Shown here: piece after piece, positions 1 through 13,599 of the stretch
Position numbering within the stretch: position 1 is the first letter of the stretch
How the letters are laid out: each line of letters begins with the position of its first letter
NCBI RefSeq assembly: GCF_009914755.1
Contig: NC_060929.1
Strand: one strand, 5' to 3'
Length of the DNA: 64,000 bases
Source of the DNA: the human T2T-CHM13v2.0 reference genome, Homo sapiens
Notes under the pieces: model-generated
Databases searched by the model: none
What the model saw: the letters and a program-made list of their open reading frames with translations, nothing else
What the model was told of the DNA's origin: nothing
Program-made: the position numbers and the translations under genes

Positions 1-175
1 CAGGGAAGAAGCCTCAAGGCTTCTTCTGACCCAGCCTCAGAAGTTACATACCATCACTTCCACTCCATTCTATTACAAGCAAGTCATTAAGACCAGCCTA
101 GATTCAATAGACTGGCATGATCACATTGCAGAAGAGCATGTTGCATGGCAGGTACTGTCACCATCTTTGGAAAAG
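1..175. mobile_element. Old MaLR LTR fragment (MLT1-type)
   Basis: Motifs cctcagaagt..accatcacttccactccattctatt..aagcaagtca..ccagcctagattcaa and catctttggaaa resemble MLT1 LTRs. Confidence 0.55.
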
Positions 176-3100
176 GTAAAAAGTCACAATGCATATGAAA
201 ATACTGATCAGGCTCAAGGTAAAAACTGTTGAGGCTTAAACTAATGACAACTATTCTAAAGTGACAGTAATATATACCATAAAAAGAATGTACTAAAATC
301 ATTTATTAAAAGATACTAGAAAATTATGACAACTATTCGTTATTAGGTTCACGTCTTACGATGAATTATCTGAATACTTATTGTGTTTTTACTAGTTAAA
401 TTTTATAAAAAATAGTTCTATGGTCTCTATATTATACTATAATTTTGAAAAATACAATGAGCATATACAAATAAGGTTCTGAATGTCCTTCTGAATAGTT
501 TAGTGTTTCTAAACAATTTACACAAACAAAATTTGAGCCTAATAAGAAAATATATGCAAACCATCATTGAAAATAATTGACCACATTGCACTGAGGGAAA
601 AAATACATGTTATATTAAACGCTGTACTACTGACATTCCAAGAAGTATAACAGGGGAGCAGACTACTTAGAAAAATACAGGCAAGTGAAAAGAAAATGTT
701 ATAAAGAAAATCATAAATAAAAATTCTATATTTACTATGCATTAAGGGGAAGTGGATCATTGTAAAGTTCTTTAGCAATCTCATTTACATGAGATAAAAG
801 GTTTTCATGCCTGCTGGCATAGCTACAGTGATGGCTTCATGAATTTTCTTTTCTTTTCTTTTTTTTTTTTTTCTACAGTAGTCCTATGCTGTGTTCATAT
901 AGCAAAAAACAACAAGATTTTTCCTGGCACATCACTTGACATGTAACCTGAAAAGAAATTCTTAAATGTTTACACTCACTCTTATCACATCATCATCAAC
1001 TAAGTTAGCCAAAATGTGGTGTGCTTTGTACTGACCACATTAAAGTAATGGTAGGAAAACCCATGAGAAAATCAACTTTAATATGAAAATGGGAGTGAGG
1101 TACTTTCTAGAATTATTGGACATGACTAGTAGGGAGCAAGTTCCAATTTATCCTTCTGCATTGTAAAAATTTTTAGCTGATCCAAGACAAACAAAAATCT
1201 TTTAATCCCCCATGGAGAAAAAAAGAAAAGAAGATAGGTATGGTAATTTAAACTGTATAAACTAATTATCTGTCAAATATAAACATGATGCATTAGCTTG
1301 CACAGTCTTGCTTACATTTTTAATATCCAGAGTAAGTTCAATTTGGCCACAAGGCTACCACGATGTCACTTCCAGGTAAAGCGGCAGCAAAGACCTTAAA
1401 TTAAGTGTTTCAATTCATAATACAAAACAAAATCTTAATTTCTTTAAAATTTAAATGTTTCATATGTTTTAGAGGCACTAAGGGATGAGATAATTTTAGA
1501 CATTATTGAACATGTAATATGTTATAAGAGTGTATTTTCCATTGAAAATGAAAATATTAGTTGAGAAATTTGTTAATTGAAACTCCCCAAAGATGTCAAA
1601 TTTCACAAAAATTTACTTTTTGCTTATTTTTAAATATTTTGGACCAGTTTAATTAAAAAATATTTTCCCTACTAGCTTAGAATATCTAAACTACAAAAAT
1701 TAAAACCCTAAAGTGAATTACTGTTTACCCTTATAAATCTGTTTTAACTGATTCAATTCATTGACTCCCTCAACAGAGAGAGTTCTTATGCTCTTATTCT
1801 TGACAGCACCACTATAGTAAAATAAGTACAGTGTCTATCTTCTTATACTTTACTCAAGAAAAAATATGCACAAACTTTTTTCTAGAAATATTTAATGACA
1901 TGATAAATTATTCCTTCTTTAGATTTCTAATTAACTTCCATTATCAGTACAAAAAAATTAAAAGGGCTACACAGGAATCGCAGTTCAACTTTAAAAAGTC
2001 CTAAATTTCTTTCTTTTAACAATCTAAATTAAATAAATCAACTCTAGTTCCCTATCCATCTCCCTTTATTACTATTCTAGTCTTTCAATATGAGTGAGGT
2101 AAGCATCTGCTGCCCTTTGCACCAGACAGGGGCTAAAAACCCGTAAGAACTATACATATGTTTGAATTACTATATACAATTATCACTTCATAAACTTCCT
2201 AAAATAAGGGGAAAAATCCTACTAGGATTTTTTAACTTCAGAGTAATTTATTTGTTTCAATTTAGTCTTGCTATTACTTTAACACTTCAAAAATTAAGAA
2301 AAAAGAAGGGAAAAACATTTTAACTTAGTAGTTTGAATGAAAAGCAAACCAGGCAAAGCACTGAAAGCCAGCCTCATAATTTCACTGGGATAGTACTCAC
2401 TATAGACGCAGAGCTTGTTTTTTCCCCTGAATGATGGGAGAGCTTTCAGAGGCAGAAGCAGAAATATTAGAAGAAAACCTAACTTTTCCCACTGGTGGAA
2501 ATTGTTAAGGTTGACTACTGTTTAACAGAATTTAAATGGGGGAAAAACGGTTGAGAACAGATTCAAAGAGTATCTGGGAAATAGACCCAAACAGGTTGGT
2601 CCCTGAGGAAAGGCATGAATCATTTTATTCTGGAAATGAGCATCTCTCAGATAAGAAAGAGAAATTCATCCAACTAGATGCACAATTTTGATCCAGGAAA
2701 ATCTAGGAGTTGGCTAAGAGTAACTGAAGGAAACTAGTATTAAAAAGCAGGAAAGTTCCCTAAGTAACACCTGCTATTAAAACCTCACAGGCACTGAGGA
2801 AACTAAACCCAAACATTCAGCAACACAAAAGCCTAGTTTCTCTCAAAGGTAGAATTAGTCTGAAAGACCCAGCAAGTGAAAAGCTGATGAAAACTACGCA
2901 GTAAAAGGCAGCTGAATAGCTGGGAGAACCTCTGAGGTCAGCTAGGAAAGTGCCCTCCCATTCATTGTGACCTCCCACAGAGACCATTTAGAAAGTAAGA
3001 GGGTTCCAAGGAAACCACAAGTTCTACCAGACCTAGCAGTGGTGTCAGGTCAATCCTATCTTGGTCTGAACTCAAAGATGTCTGAACGCTCATCCAGACA

Positions 3101-6059
3101 AGATAGAAATTAAGCAAGAATATATTCTAAATCATTCTTACAATGACTTGGGAACTTACAATGCCCCACCCACTTGACTCTCCCCATAACTTCCTAAATA
3201 AATAAGAATGTGAATGTGGAGACAAAAACAGGTAGCTTCCATTTATATTCCAAATGTAAAATTTTGTTGAGATTCCCAATCCTCTTTAGCCTTCCCAGTG
3301 TTATTGCTACCTCTTGTATTTCTCTGTAGTGAATGAAGTTAGAATCCTACACAAAAAGAAAGGCGTAGGCCTGTGAGAGGAAAAATTGACAATGGAAAGA
3401 AAAGATCAGTGGTTATATTCCTGGTCTGGAAAAGATAAGGCTATATAGGTAGGTGGCCCATGATAAAACAGGTTCCACAGAATTAACTTATAGCAAGTTC
3501 CCAATGTTGTTTCACAAGGATATTCCAGGCTAGAGCAAAAAGTAAAAAGCCAGCCTTGTGTATTACAGCTATGATAAGATTTGTGATAAGATTTGCATAT
3601 GGAAAATATCCCCATAGTTTCTAATATACACGCTGAATTAAGGTGTACTATTGTAAAGAAGATAGAAGTCATTTTGTGATATCTGAAGACTTCCTATTTC
3701 CTTTATGTATTTGGGCTTTTGTCCATAATAAAAACTATAATATGACCTCATTTCTAAGATATTTTCCTTTATTTTCCCTTCTCATATCTATCTTAGGAAT
3801 GGCAAAAATAGGATAATGATGAGAATGAGGGATGAGCTAAGGTGATAAACAGGACAAGATAATAATCAAAGGAAAGCAAGAAGTAATACTGAAAGAATCA
3901 CGTAAGAGTGGTACAATGTTCCCGCAGAATTGGGGGCATCTCATTCAGAAATAGTATGCCTGAAGAATGTACATTCTTTCATTTATCCAGCCATTCTTTC
4001 ATCAAATATTTATTGAGTGCCAATTAAGTACAAACCACTAGGCTATCAAATTGAACATGATGTATTTTTACAGGCTTTAAATATGCTTACCTCCCTAAGG
4101 TATGAGAATTTTTACACTGCTCTTAACTGGTAATTCAATACATGCTTGCTAAAACATAGCTACATTGAAGAAAGGGCTAATATGTTGAGAGATTTCCCTA
4201 CCTATTAATCTAAGTTTCCAAAACTTCTGGAAGAAGCCATGGATCATTTAAGTCCATTTAATTTTTTTTCCTAAATTTGAATCCAGTTGTCCCCCTTATA
4301 CAATACTTGACTACTTTCTAAAATGAAATTGTGCCCTACAAAAATCATTCAGCCATTGACATAGTTTGAGTCTCAAGTCTTGCTTCAACAACCACAAACA
4401 GCTTTTGAATATCTTAGGTACTCAAGATACTATGTTCACACCAAACAAATTAGTTGCCTTGGGATGCAGAGTTCGAGCTGGAAGCATTCTGAAACAGTGA
4501 ACAGCTTTGGGAAATGTACTGGGTTACAGAACATAACAGTTATGCTATCCAAGTCAGTCTACCTAGTGTGGTAAGTATTTACTTCTCACCAAGTTGTATT
4601 TTCCCTTGTTTTCTTGCTAGTCTCTTCCTTCCTATTACTCCTTAAATGTGAGCCTTTTTCACACCTTTCTATCCCCAGGCCTCAATTCTTATTTTATCTT
4701 TACTACTTCATTAATTTAACCCACTCTTATCCCTTAATCCACTTTCTCTATGTTCTTCCTCCCTAATTTCAGATTTCTGCTAAGCATATCACAAGTCCCA
4801 TATCATCAGCCACATTAATTACAAATTATTTTTAATTTTTCTCTCTTCCTCAATACTTACAACTAGACAGTCTCTTTTCTTCTTCATTCTCATTCATTAT
4901 TTTCCATTTTATTTGTCACCATTTTAATTCAGGGGCTGAATTTTCAGCGTATATCAACACTATTAGAATAGCCTCCTAACTGTGTTGGCCTTTAATCCTT
5001 GCCTTTCTTCAGTCCTCATCATGCCCTCAGATTCACCATCCTAAAATATAATTTCCTATTTTTTGAATATGCTAAAAAATGACTATGGCAGACGAAGCAA
5101 AAGTTTCATCCAGTGTAGTTGGAAAAGTACTAATGAGAATTTGGAAAACCTAAATTTTCATGGTTAAACCACACTCAGTCTTTAAACAATGACATGTCCT
5201 TAACTTCTCCAGGTACCAGATTTCTTATCTATTCAAATGACTAAAATAAGCAGTTTTCAAACTTTTTAAAAGTTTTTGAACTGTAATGGATTGAGATGTT
5301 GTAAATGAATAAAAGATTTTTTTAATGAAAATTATTACTCAAGAGTTAACCAAGAACCCTTGAGAATTCTAGAATGGGGGTGGGGGTTTGAGTCAGATGC
5401 AGAAATAGCTATTTTAATGCTTTTGGAAATGATGAAGACGTTACCTAAGGCATCCAAAGTGGGATTACAGAGGAAAAGACAGTGTTCAGGCAATGATTTG
5501 GAAGTTTTGATAACTAGTTGGAGGTAAAGAAGAATAAAGAGGATAAAAAGAAGAGTCATTTATGTCATGGGTAACTAATTATATAGAGATTCAATTTAAT
5601 TAGAAAGAGAAAATAGAAGGAATTTGGATAGAGGAGAACTGAAATGCTTTGGTTAAAAGAGAAGGAGGCCAAGAACCTCTATGATTGGGTGTTCTCTCAT
5701 TCCTAGGCACGATCTACGGCCCTTCTACAATGCTCCAGGAATTCAGGGACTTCAGCATGAAACTGCTTTTCAGTGGGATAATTTCACAATCTCCTTGCAG
5801 TTTTAAAATTCTACCATCTGTTAGCTAAGCACTGATACTGTGTTTGATTTTTCTACTCTAGTTAAACAGCTCAGCTTAGTGTTCCTTAAATATACCTTAT
5901 ATTTTTCCAACTTCATCCAGTTTCTCTGATACACCTTCCCCAGCACTTGTCTTATCCAAATCCTAGTCATCATTCAAAAGCCAGTGCACATTTGCAGCAT
6001 TTAAACCTATACAGTATAGGGTTATTATCTGTATTACACTCATAGCAGTTAACTCTTGA

Positions 6060-6197
6060 TGTACACAGCTCGTATACCTTTCCAAACAGATTATGAACCC
6101 CTAAAGGGAGAAATTTTTATAAATCTTTGCACCTCCCATAGCTTCAATCCAAGTAATTTGTACATAAATAGGTATTCAAAAAAAGTTAATAAACAAA
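6060..6197 (+). mobile_element. L2 3' end fragment
   Basis: agattatgaacccct...tacataaataggtattcaaaaaaagtt..aaatga resembles the L2 terminus. Confidence 0.5.
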
Positions 6198-6872
6198 TGA
6201 TAGAAGTGACAGTGCATCCCTGGTGAAACCCCACCTCCAAGCCAAAGACAGTTTAAAGCCTGAAAGCCAAGCTAAAGGTCAAACCCACAGACTAGATTGA
6301 GAAGCTGTCTTCCCATTTGGCACATTTTTCTCTGTTTGATCCTCAGCATTCAACTATTTTACATACACCTACCCTTCCCTAATTGGTTTTTTACACTGTT
6401 GTGCCCACCTTTCAGTGGTGTCTTTGTTTTAACCTTTTTTGCATACTCACAAACCAATCAGAATGCATTCCCCTATTCTGAGCCCATAAAAGCCCTGGGC
6501 TCAGCCACACTGGGAGAGAAACCACCCGATTCCAGGTATTCAACCACCCTTGCATACTCTCTCCACTGAGAACTGTTTCATTGCTCAACAAAATTCTTCT
6601 CTGCCCTTCTCACCCTTCAATTGTTAGTGTATCCTCATTCTTCTTGGATGCGGGACAAGAACTCAAGAACCGCCAAATGCAGGTATAAGCTATAACACAG
6701 TCGGGCTGGGGCATGCCCAGCCCAGCCACAGACTGAGCTGGTGTGTAGGTGGGCCGAGTGGGTGGACTGCTTCCTGCGGCAGGCAGCACGGCTGAGCAAG
6801 ACTGGGGGGAGAGGTGGCATCACCAGCCAGAGGTCCCCAGCTTGCAAAGTGACTGAGAAAAATCCTGTGTCA
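6198..6872 (+). mobile_element. Solo ERV LTR (ERV1-like, subfamily uncertain)
   Basis: TG...CA termini (tgatagaag...cctgtgtca), CCAAT box (aaccaatcag) and a TATA-like cataaaa, in a GC-richer block. No clear TSD. Confidence 0.7.
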
Positions 6873-7142
6873 GAAGAATGATCCTAAATTATGTCTACCA
6901 AAATCACTTCCCTCAAGGATAATCCTCCCCTACAGCATAGTTACATTTGTTAGTAGTTGTGCCCTTGTCTTCTTTAAAAAGATATTAACAAATATATACA
7001 TTTTTAAGGTAAGTTTGACTTGGTAAGAAAACCTTTAAATCCACCTTGAAAATATCTGTACCTTCTTTTACAAGAGATTCTGAGTCTTTCCTTCTAGAGA
7101 GTTTAAAGCACCTGATCTTTGGGAACTGATAAGAACTATCTA

Positions 7143-7632
<490 letters not shown>

Positions 7633-8494
7633 CTAGTCTTGTGAGCACAAAATAGAGTGTCACATCATTATAGCTCTATCCATTATTTCTGGCTAAGTAA
7701 CTATTACTTATCTCATAGTATACATTCCATCAAAGACATAGTACTTGAAATTGTGAGGCTTTTATTTATTTAAAAAAGATATAAACCTCTAATCTCAGTT
7801 GTCAACCCCCATCAAAAACAAGACAACATAATAATTCAAATCTATAGTTTCGGGTAAGTGAAAGATGAGTTTTGCTAATGATTTTTTGTTTCTTTCCTTC
7901 ATATCAAAGGGAAAAGAATAAAAGTAAGAGATATATTCACTTTTCCAAGTTGCCAAAATACAATCATTTTAAATGAAGCTGGATAAAAAGTAAACAAGTG
8001 GCTATAAAAATATGACTCTACAAATCTAAGGTATTTAGATACACTTTTACTTAAAAAAATCTTTAACTTATTTTCTATGATTTCTACATCTCCCATAGTA
8101 AGTTATAAATTTTATGAATTTTACATCTCCAATTGTAAGTTAAAAATGCATGCTATTTTTGAAAGAATATCATGTTTTTTAAATTTTTTGATACTATTGG
8201 CAGCAATCACAGGCAGTGTAACATCAGCATGAAAATAGTAAGGAATAAAGATCTTTCCATTATCATCTTTTCACATTTACCAGAAACTGGATTATAATTT
8301 AAAAATATTTCAGTGAGAGAAGGGTGCTTATGATGTTTAAAATACATACTTTGAAAAAATATATATTATTTTTACAATAAAATGAACTTTAAATAAAGTC
8401 ATCCTGTTCTGTTTCTCTCTTTTCCACATTAGTTTCTTCATTTATTTCTTCATGGATTTCAGAAATCCATATCTATGTAAAATTCTAGTCTTAT

Positions 8495-8790
8495 AAGATA
8501 AATACATTCTGGAGATCCATTGTACAACATAGGGCATATGATTAACAATACTGTATTGTGTACTTAAAAATTTCTTAAGAGGGTATATCTTATGTTAAGT
8601 ACTCTTACCACAAAAGGGAAAAAATAAAGCAAAAAGGGGAGAACTTTTGGAGGTGACAGATAAGTTTATGGCATTGGTTGTGATGATGGTTTCATGGGTG
8701 CATACTAATTTCCAAACACATCAAGTTTACACATTACATATGTACAGCTTTTTGTATGTCAATCATACCTCAGTAACGTGGTTAAAAATA
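8495..8790 (+). mobile_element. Old L1M (L1MB/MC-type) 3' end
   Basis: ttctggagatc..tgtacaacat...gtacagctttttgtatgtcaatcatacctca..aaaaa. Confidence 0.75.
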
Positions 8791-10658
8791 AATTTTAGAA
8801 TGGCTGAAAATTACAACTATTCAGTTTATGGATGTCTCTCAATATGTGCACATACAAAAAACAACAGATGTCTTTCATAAGAAATGCTAAATGCCTGTGC
8901 ATGTAACATGGTAAATTTAAATTTTATTTCATTAAGTTTTTTAGTTTCCCATCTCAGAAGAGTGATTAGAACTCACTGAAAGGTGAAATTTAATCTGTTT
9001 TAAAGTAACTTTCCTGAATGTGAAATAATTAATAATTGCAGATATTTGGAAAATACAGTAATATACATAGACAAAAATAAAAATCATGCATTATCCCAAT
9101 ATCAAAAGATAGTCATTTTAACATTTTGGCCTATTTTAAATTAACAGAATTATTCATTATTTACCTCATTATGCCTCCAGTATTTCTTTTAAAAAGTAGT
9201 TTATGTGTCAATATTCATTCAATCTTATAGATAAGAAGTAACTATAAAATAATAAGACTAATTTTAAACATTTATACATGCAAGTGAACATTTTTAACGC
9301 TAAAAACGCAGCTACTGAAGAAAGTATTTTTTAGAATGCTTTCTTGAGTACTTTATTTTAAATTATTAAAGTATTTTAAAATTCAGTAGGTAAACATATT
9401 AATTACCATTATAGAAGTAATTCTGTAATAAACTCAAATGCAGAATATAACATTCTAGAATTTTACCAAAATCTTATTGTTTGTTCCTGTGTTTTCCATT
9501 TTCTTCCCCAAGTCTTTCAAACTATTATATTTACATGTTAGAAATAAATTTGTTAATCATTTTCAGAAATTATCTACTATTAAGAATTTAGGAAATCCTA
9601 TTCATGAAAATTACCATAAAAGAAATTAATGTATTTTTAAAAATCCAATTGTAATATAAAATCATGTAGGTCAAACTCTATCTTTTCACCAGCCTCCAAT
9701 TAAAAAACAAATCAGAGATGTATTACCATGAAAAGAAACTGGTTTTAAGATGTAATAAAAATGGCATCCAAGAATAAATCAAATCTCTTAAAACTAATAT
9801 TTAAATTAAAATTAAACATCTGACACAATGTGCTAATATTCATAATGAATTATAAAATTCAAATACTGATTTTTTTCTAAACTATATTTTCCAAGGACCA
9901 AATTACACAGTAAGAGGTTGTTCCTCCTTTAAAATCTACTCGAATTTTACTCCTACCTCTGGCTAATGCTCATTTCCAAAACCTATTTAAGTGTATTTCT
10001 AAAGCTAATAAGTGTGAATACTTTGAAATTTTCAAAGTGTCTTATGAATGCAAGATGATGATGATGATGAAAGTGACGATGACAACGATGATCATTTATC
10101 CAAGGCTTTTAGAAAGAGCTGCTAAATTAGTTCACTTTTCCCCTTAAGATCTCCATGTTGAACAGTAGGGTACATCTTTCTACAGAATGCAATTTTGGAA
10201 AAGTATTTATATGATTAATTTCTTAAAATGTAGGCTATCAAATATTGTATCTCCTTTAAGAGTAGAACACTGGCACTCTCTAATGCCATCTAGTTGTCAA
10301 AATTAGTGGAGACAATATCTCCCGTGACTGACAGGCCAAATCAAGGCACGCATCTCTTAGTATAAGGAAAAGATGAGATGGGGTACCCCACTCTATCCAA
10401 TTCCTCATATTCTTCATGGGTAGATCTCTGCTTTATTTCTTCTGTCAACCAAGGGTAAAAAAGGAAAATGAGGTTGTTCAGATAAATCCCATGTCCTGGG
10501 CCCTGCTTTATCTACTTTTTCTCTACTTTTTATTTGCAGTAGCATCCCATTCACTCAGATTGTTCCCCAAGAGCTATTGTTCAGTGTGTAACAAGCTTTA
10601 TGAGTACAATCAATGTCAGATGAGGTAATCACAAGCACTCTCACTTGAATAAGGTTAG

Positions 10659-11050
<392 letters not shown>

Positions 11051-12077
11051 TCATGCTATTTTGGAGGGTATAATTCTTCTGGCCATTTCTAACTCTTCAG
11101 TCTAAGGCTGAATTATTTTCCTTGGAAGAACAAGGTCTTTTTTCCCTTTTGAGCGCTGGTTCTGGTTTTTAAGGCATTTTACACAGAATGATGCCAGCCT
11201 CCACAAACTTGACAAGTATCCCTATGGTTAAGTTTTAGGTACTTACTATCAGTTATTTCCTCAGGCTCCAGCCCCAATTCACTTCCTCCCAACCAAGGAA
11301 ACTTGATTTCCTCCATCTTAAACTCAATCTGTCCCTCTTTTATGGTTAGTTCTGCAAACATGTTTCCCTAGCCCCTTCATAATACCATCTTCTCATTCTT
11401 ATCTTCACTGTTTTTTTTCTTTTCACAGTTCTACTTTCTGATACTATCAGCTCTCTAAAATCAGATTTGCAGTCCTTCTAAAAAAAAATGCTCAAGCCAA
11501 GGACACTCCACTGCCGTTCCTTAAGAATTAAAAAAAAAATTACATTTTCATTTTTGCACAGAATCTTCTACTCTTGTCTGGTATTTCCTTTAATCCACAA
11601 TAAATTTTATTTGGGGAAGTGAATTCAGCAGGGAAGATATTTAGCCTTATGATATATAACCAAAAGTTATAAAAGGAGAAGAATAGAGTATTTCTATATT
11701 TAATCAAAAATCTTATGTGCAAGGGAGAAATTTATCATTTACAGAAATCTTATAATGAATGTTTTTGTAGAATAAAAAAATTACTATATATTTAATTTTC
11801 ATAAAATCTGAAATTTCACAAATCAGACATGCTTAAAGATAAGAAATTTCTTTAATAGCTTAGAATTAGGCCTACGCTTTATCCTAAGCTTTAACAAGAC
11901 TCAAATGCCCCTTTCTATTTCACATTTAAAGTTATGAACCTACTTTTCAAGAAAAAAGAGACCAAACAATTTCTTAAGTACCAAAACAAAAGAATAGATG
12001 AGCCAGTGTATTTTTTAAGAGCAGTGGTTAAACAGAAAACTGACAGTGTAACTTTGTAAAATTATATGTTAACTTAC

Positions 12078-12162
12078 GTAATCATGGAAGGCTTTTGCTT
12101 CACTTGAGTGTTCACATGTTTCACGTCTCTCTGGAGCTGCACAGTAGAGATCCCAAAATACA
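12078..12162 (-). CDS. SSBP2: SSBP2 coding exon (inferred exon 4), 85 bp, end of LUFS domain
   Basis: Minus strand reads ttacttttttag|TGTATTTTGGGATCTC...CATGATTAC|gtaagt. The first T completes Cys, followed by [28 protein letters not shown]. The PERRETCEH sequence matches my recollection of SSBP2 rather than its paralogues. Confidence 0.96.
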
Positions 12163-12695
12163 CTAAAAAAGTAATCATGGTAACATTAAGAAAATCATAC
12201 AACACCAATATGAGAAATCACAATTCCAAAAGTAGAAGACATGTTTTTCTTTATACAAAATGTTTTGTCTTCAGAACAGATATCTATCTGAAAGACTTAA
12301 ACGCAAGCAAGGCTCTTCATGCAATAACAGTGTTACCATCTAGCCATCTTTCAGAAATGCTAAATAAGACTTTTATAAAAAAAAATTTATAGCAATAATT
12401 TAAAAATTGTCATTCTTATAACTGGCTGTTTACATGATATAAAACACTTGATTGGAGTAGCTGTAATACTTTTCACAATTTTCCCATGAAGAATAGAAAC
12501 AGTAAATAATATCCTAATTTAATAATTAAGGAATCAAGTGGTCCATTGATTTTTTTACAGATAATTTTGTTGTCCAACTCATAGGCCAATACCCTGACCA
12601 TTAAATTATATTCTTTAAACAAATGTATTTTCTAAATAATGGTGTTTTTCCCCACAGTTACCAAAATAGTTTAGTAACTTTGAAAATACATTGTT

Positions 12696-13599
12696 GGGAG
12701 GAGCCAAGATGGCCGAATAGGAACAGCTCCGGTCTACAGCTCCCAGCGTGAGCGACGCAGAAGACGGGTGATTTCTGCATTTCCATCTGAGGTACCGGGT
12801 TCATCTCACTAGGGAGTGCCAGACAGTGGGCGCAGGCCAGTGTGTGTGCGCACCGTGCGCGAGCCGAAGCAGGGCGAGGCATTGCCTCACCTGGGAAGCG
12901 CAAGGGGTCAGGGAGTTCCCTTTCCGAGTCAAAGAAAGGGGTGACGGACGCACCTGGAAAATCGGGTCACTCCCACCCGAATATTGCGCTTTTCAGACCG
13001 GCTTAAGAAACGGCGCACCACGAGACTATATCCCACACCTGGCTCCGAGGGTCCTACGCCCACGGAATCTCGCTGATTGCTAGCACAGCAGTCTGAGATC
13101 AAACTGCAAGGCGGCAGCGAGGCTGGGGGAGGGGCGCCCACCATTGCCCAGGCTTGCTTAGGTAAACAAAGCAGCCGGGAAGCTCGAACTGGGTGGAGCC
13201 CACCACAGCTCAAGGAGGCCTGCCTGCCTCTGTAGGCTCCACCTCTGGGGGCAGGGCACAGACAAACAAAAAGACAGCAGTAACCTCTGCAGACTTAAGT
13301 GTCCCTGTCTGACAGCTTTGAAGAGAGCAGTGGTTCTCCCAGCACGCAGCTGGAGATCTGAGAACGGGCAGACTGCCTCCTGAAGTGGGTCCCTGACCCC
13401 TGTGCCCCGAGCAGCCTAACTGGGAGGCACCCCCCAGCAGGGGCAGACTGACACCTCACACAGCCGGGTACTCCAACAGACCTACAGCTGAGGGTCCTGT
13501 CTGTTAGAAGGAAAACTAACAACCAGAAAGGACATCTACACCGAAAACCCATCTGTACATCACCATCATCAAAGACCAAAAGTAGATAAAACCACAAAG
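12696..13599. promoter_or_regulatory. L1 5'UTR CpG-rich bidirectional promoter (sense promoter and antisense promoter)
   Basis: YY1 site CAAGATGGCCG at 12705-12715 and high CpG density over about 12700-13200. The length matches UTRs lacking the 129-bp ZNF93-bound segment. Promoter activity is inferred from L1 family knowledge. Confidence 0.85.
12929..13144 (-). CDS. L1 ORF0 (71 aa), intact
   Basis: ATG at 13144 in the context GGGCAATGG. Translation MVGAPPPASLPPCSLISDCCASNQRDSVGVGPSEPGVGYSLVVRRFLSRSEKRNIRVGVTRFSRCVRHPFL* matches primate ORF0. Internal donors CCAG|GTGTGG (13039/13038) and CCAG|GTGCGT (12954/12953). Confidence 0.88.
   Translation of the reverse strand: MVGAPPPASLPPCSLISDCCASNQRDSVGVGPSEPGVGYSLVVRRFLSRSEKRNIRVGVTRFSRCVRHPFL

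Noticed and set aside
12658-12903. 81-aa minus-strand ORF running out of the L1 5' end
   Set aside because: It is a generic antisense reading of the L1 5'UTR that stops shortly after entering the flank, with no evidence of use.
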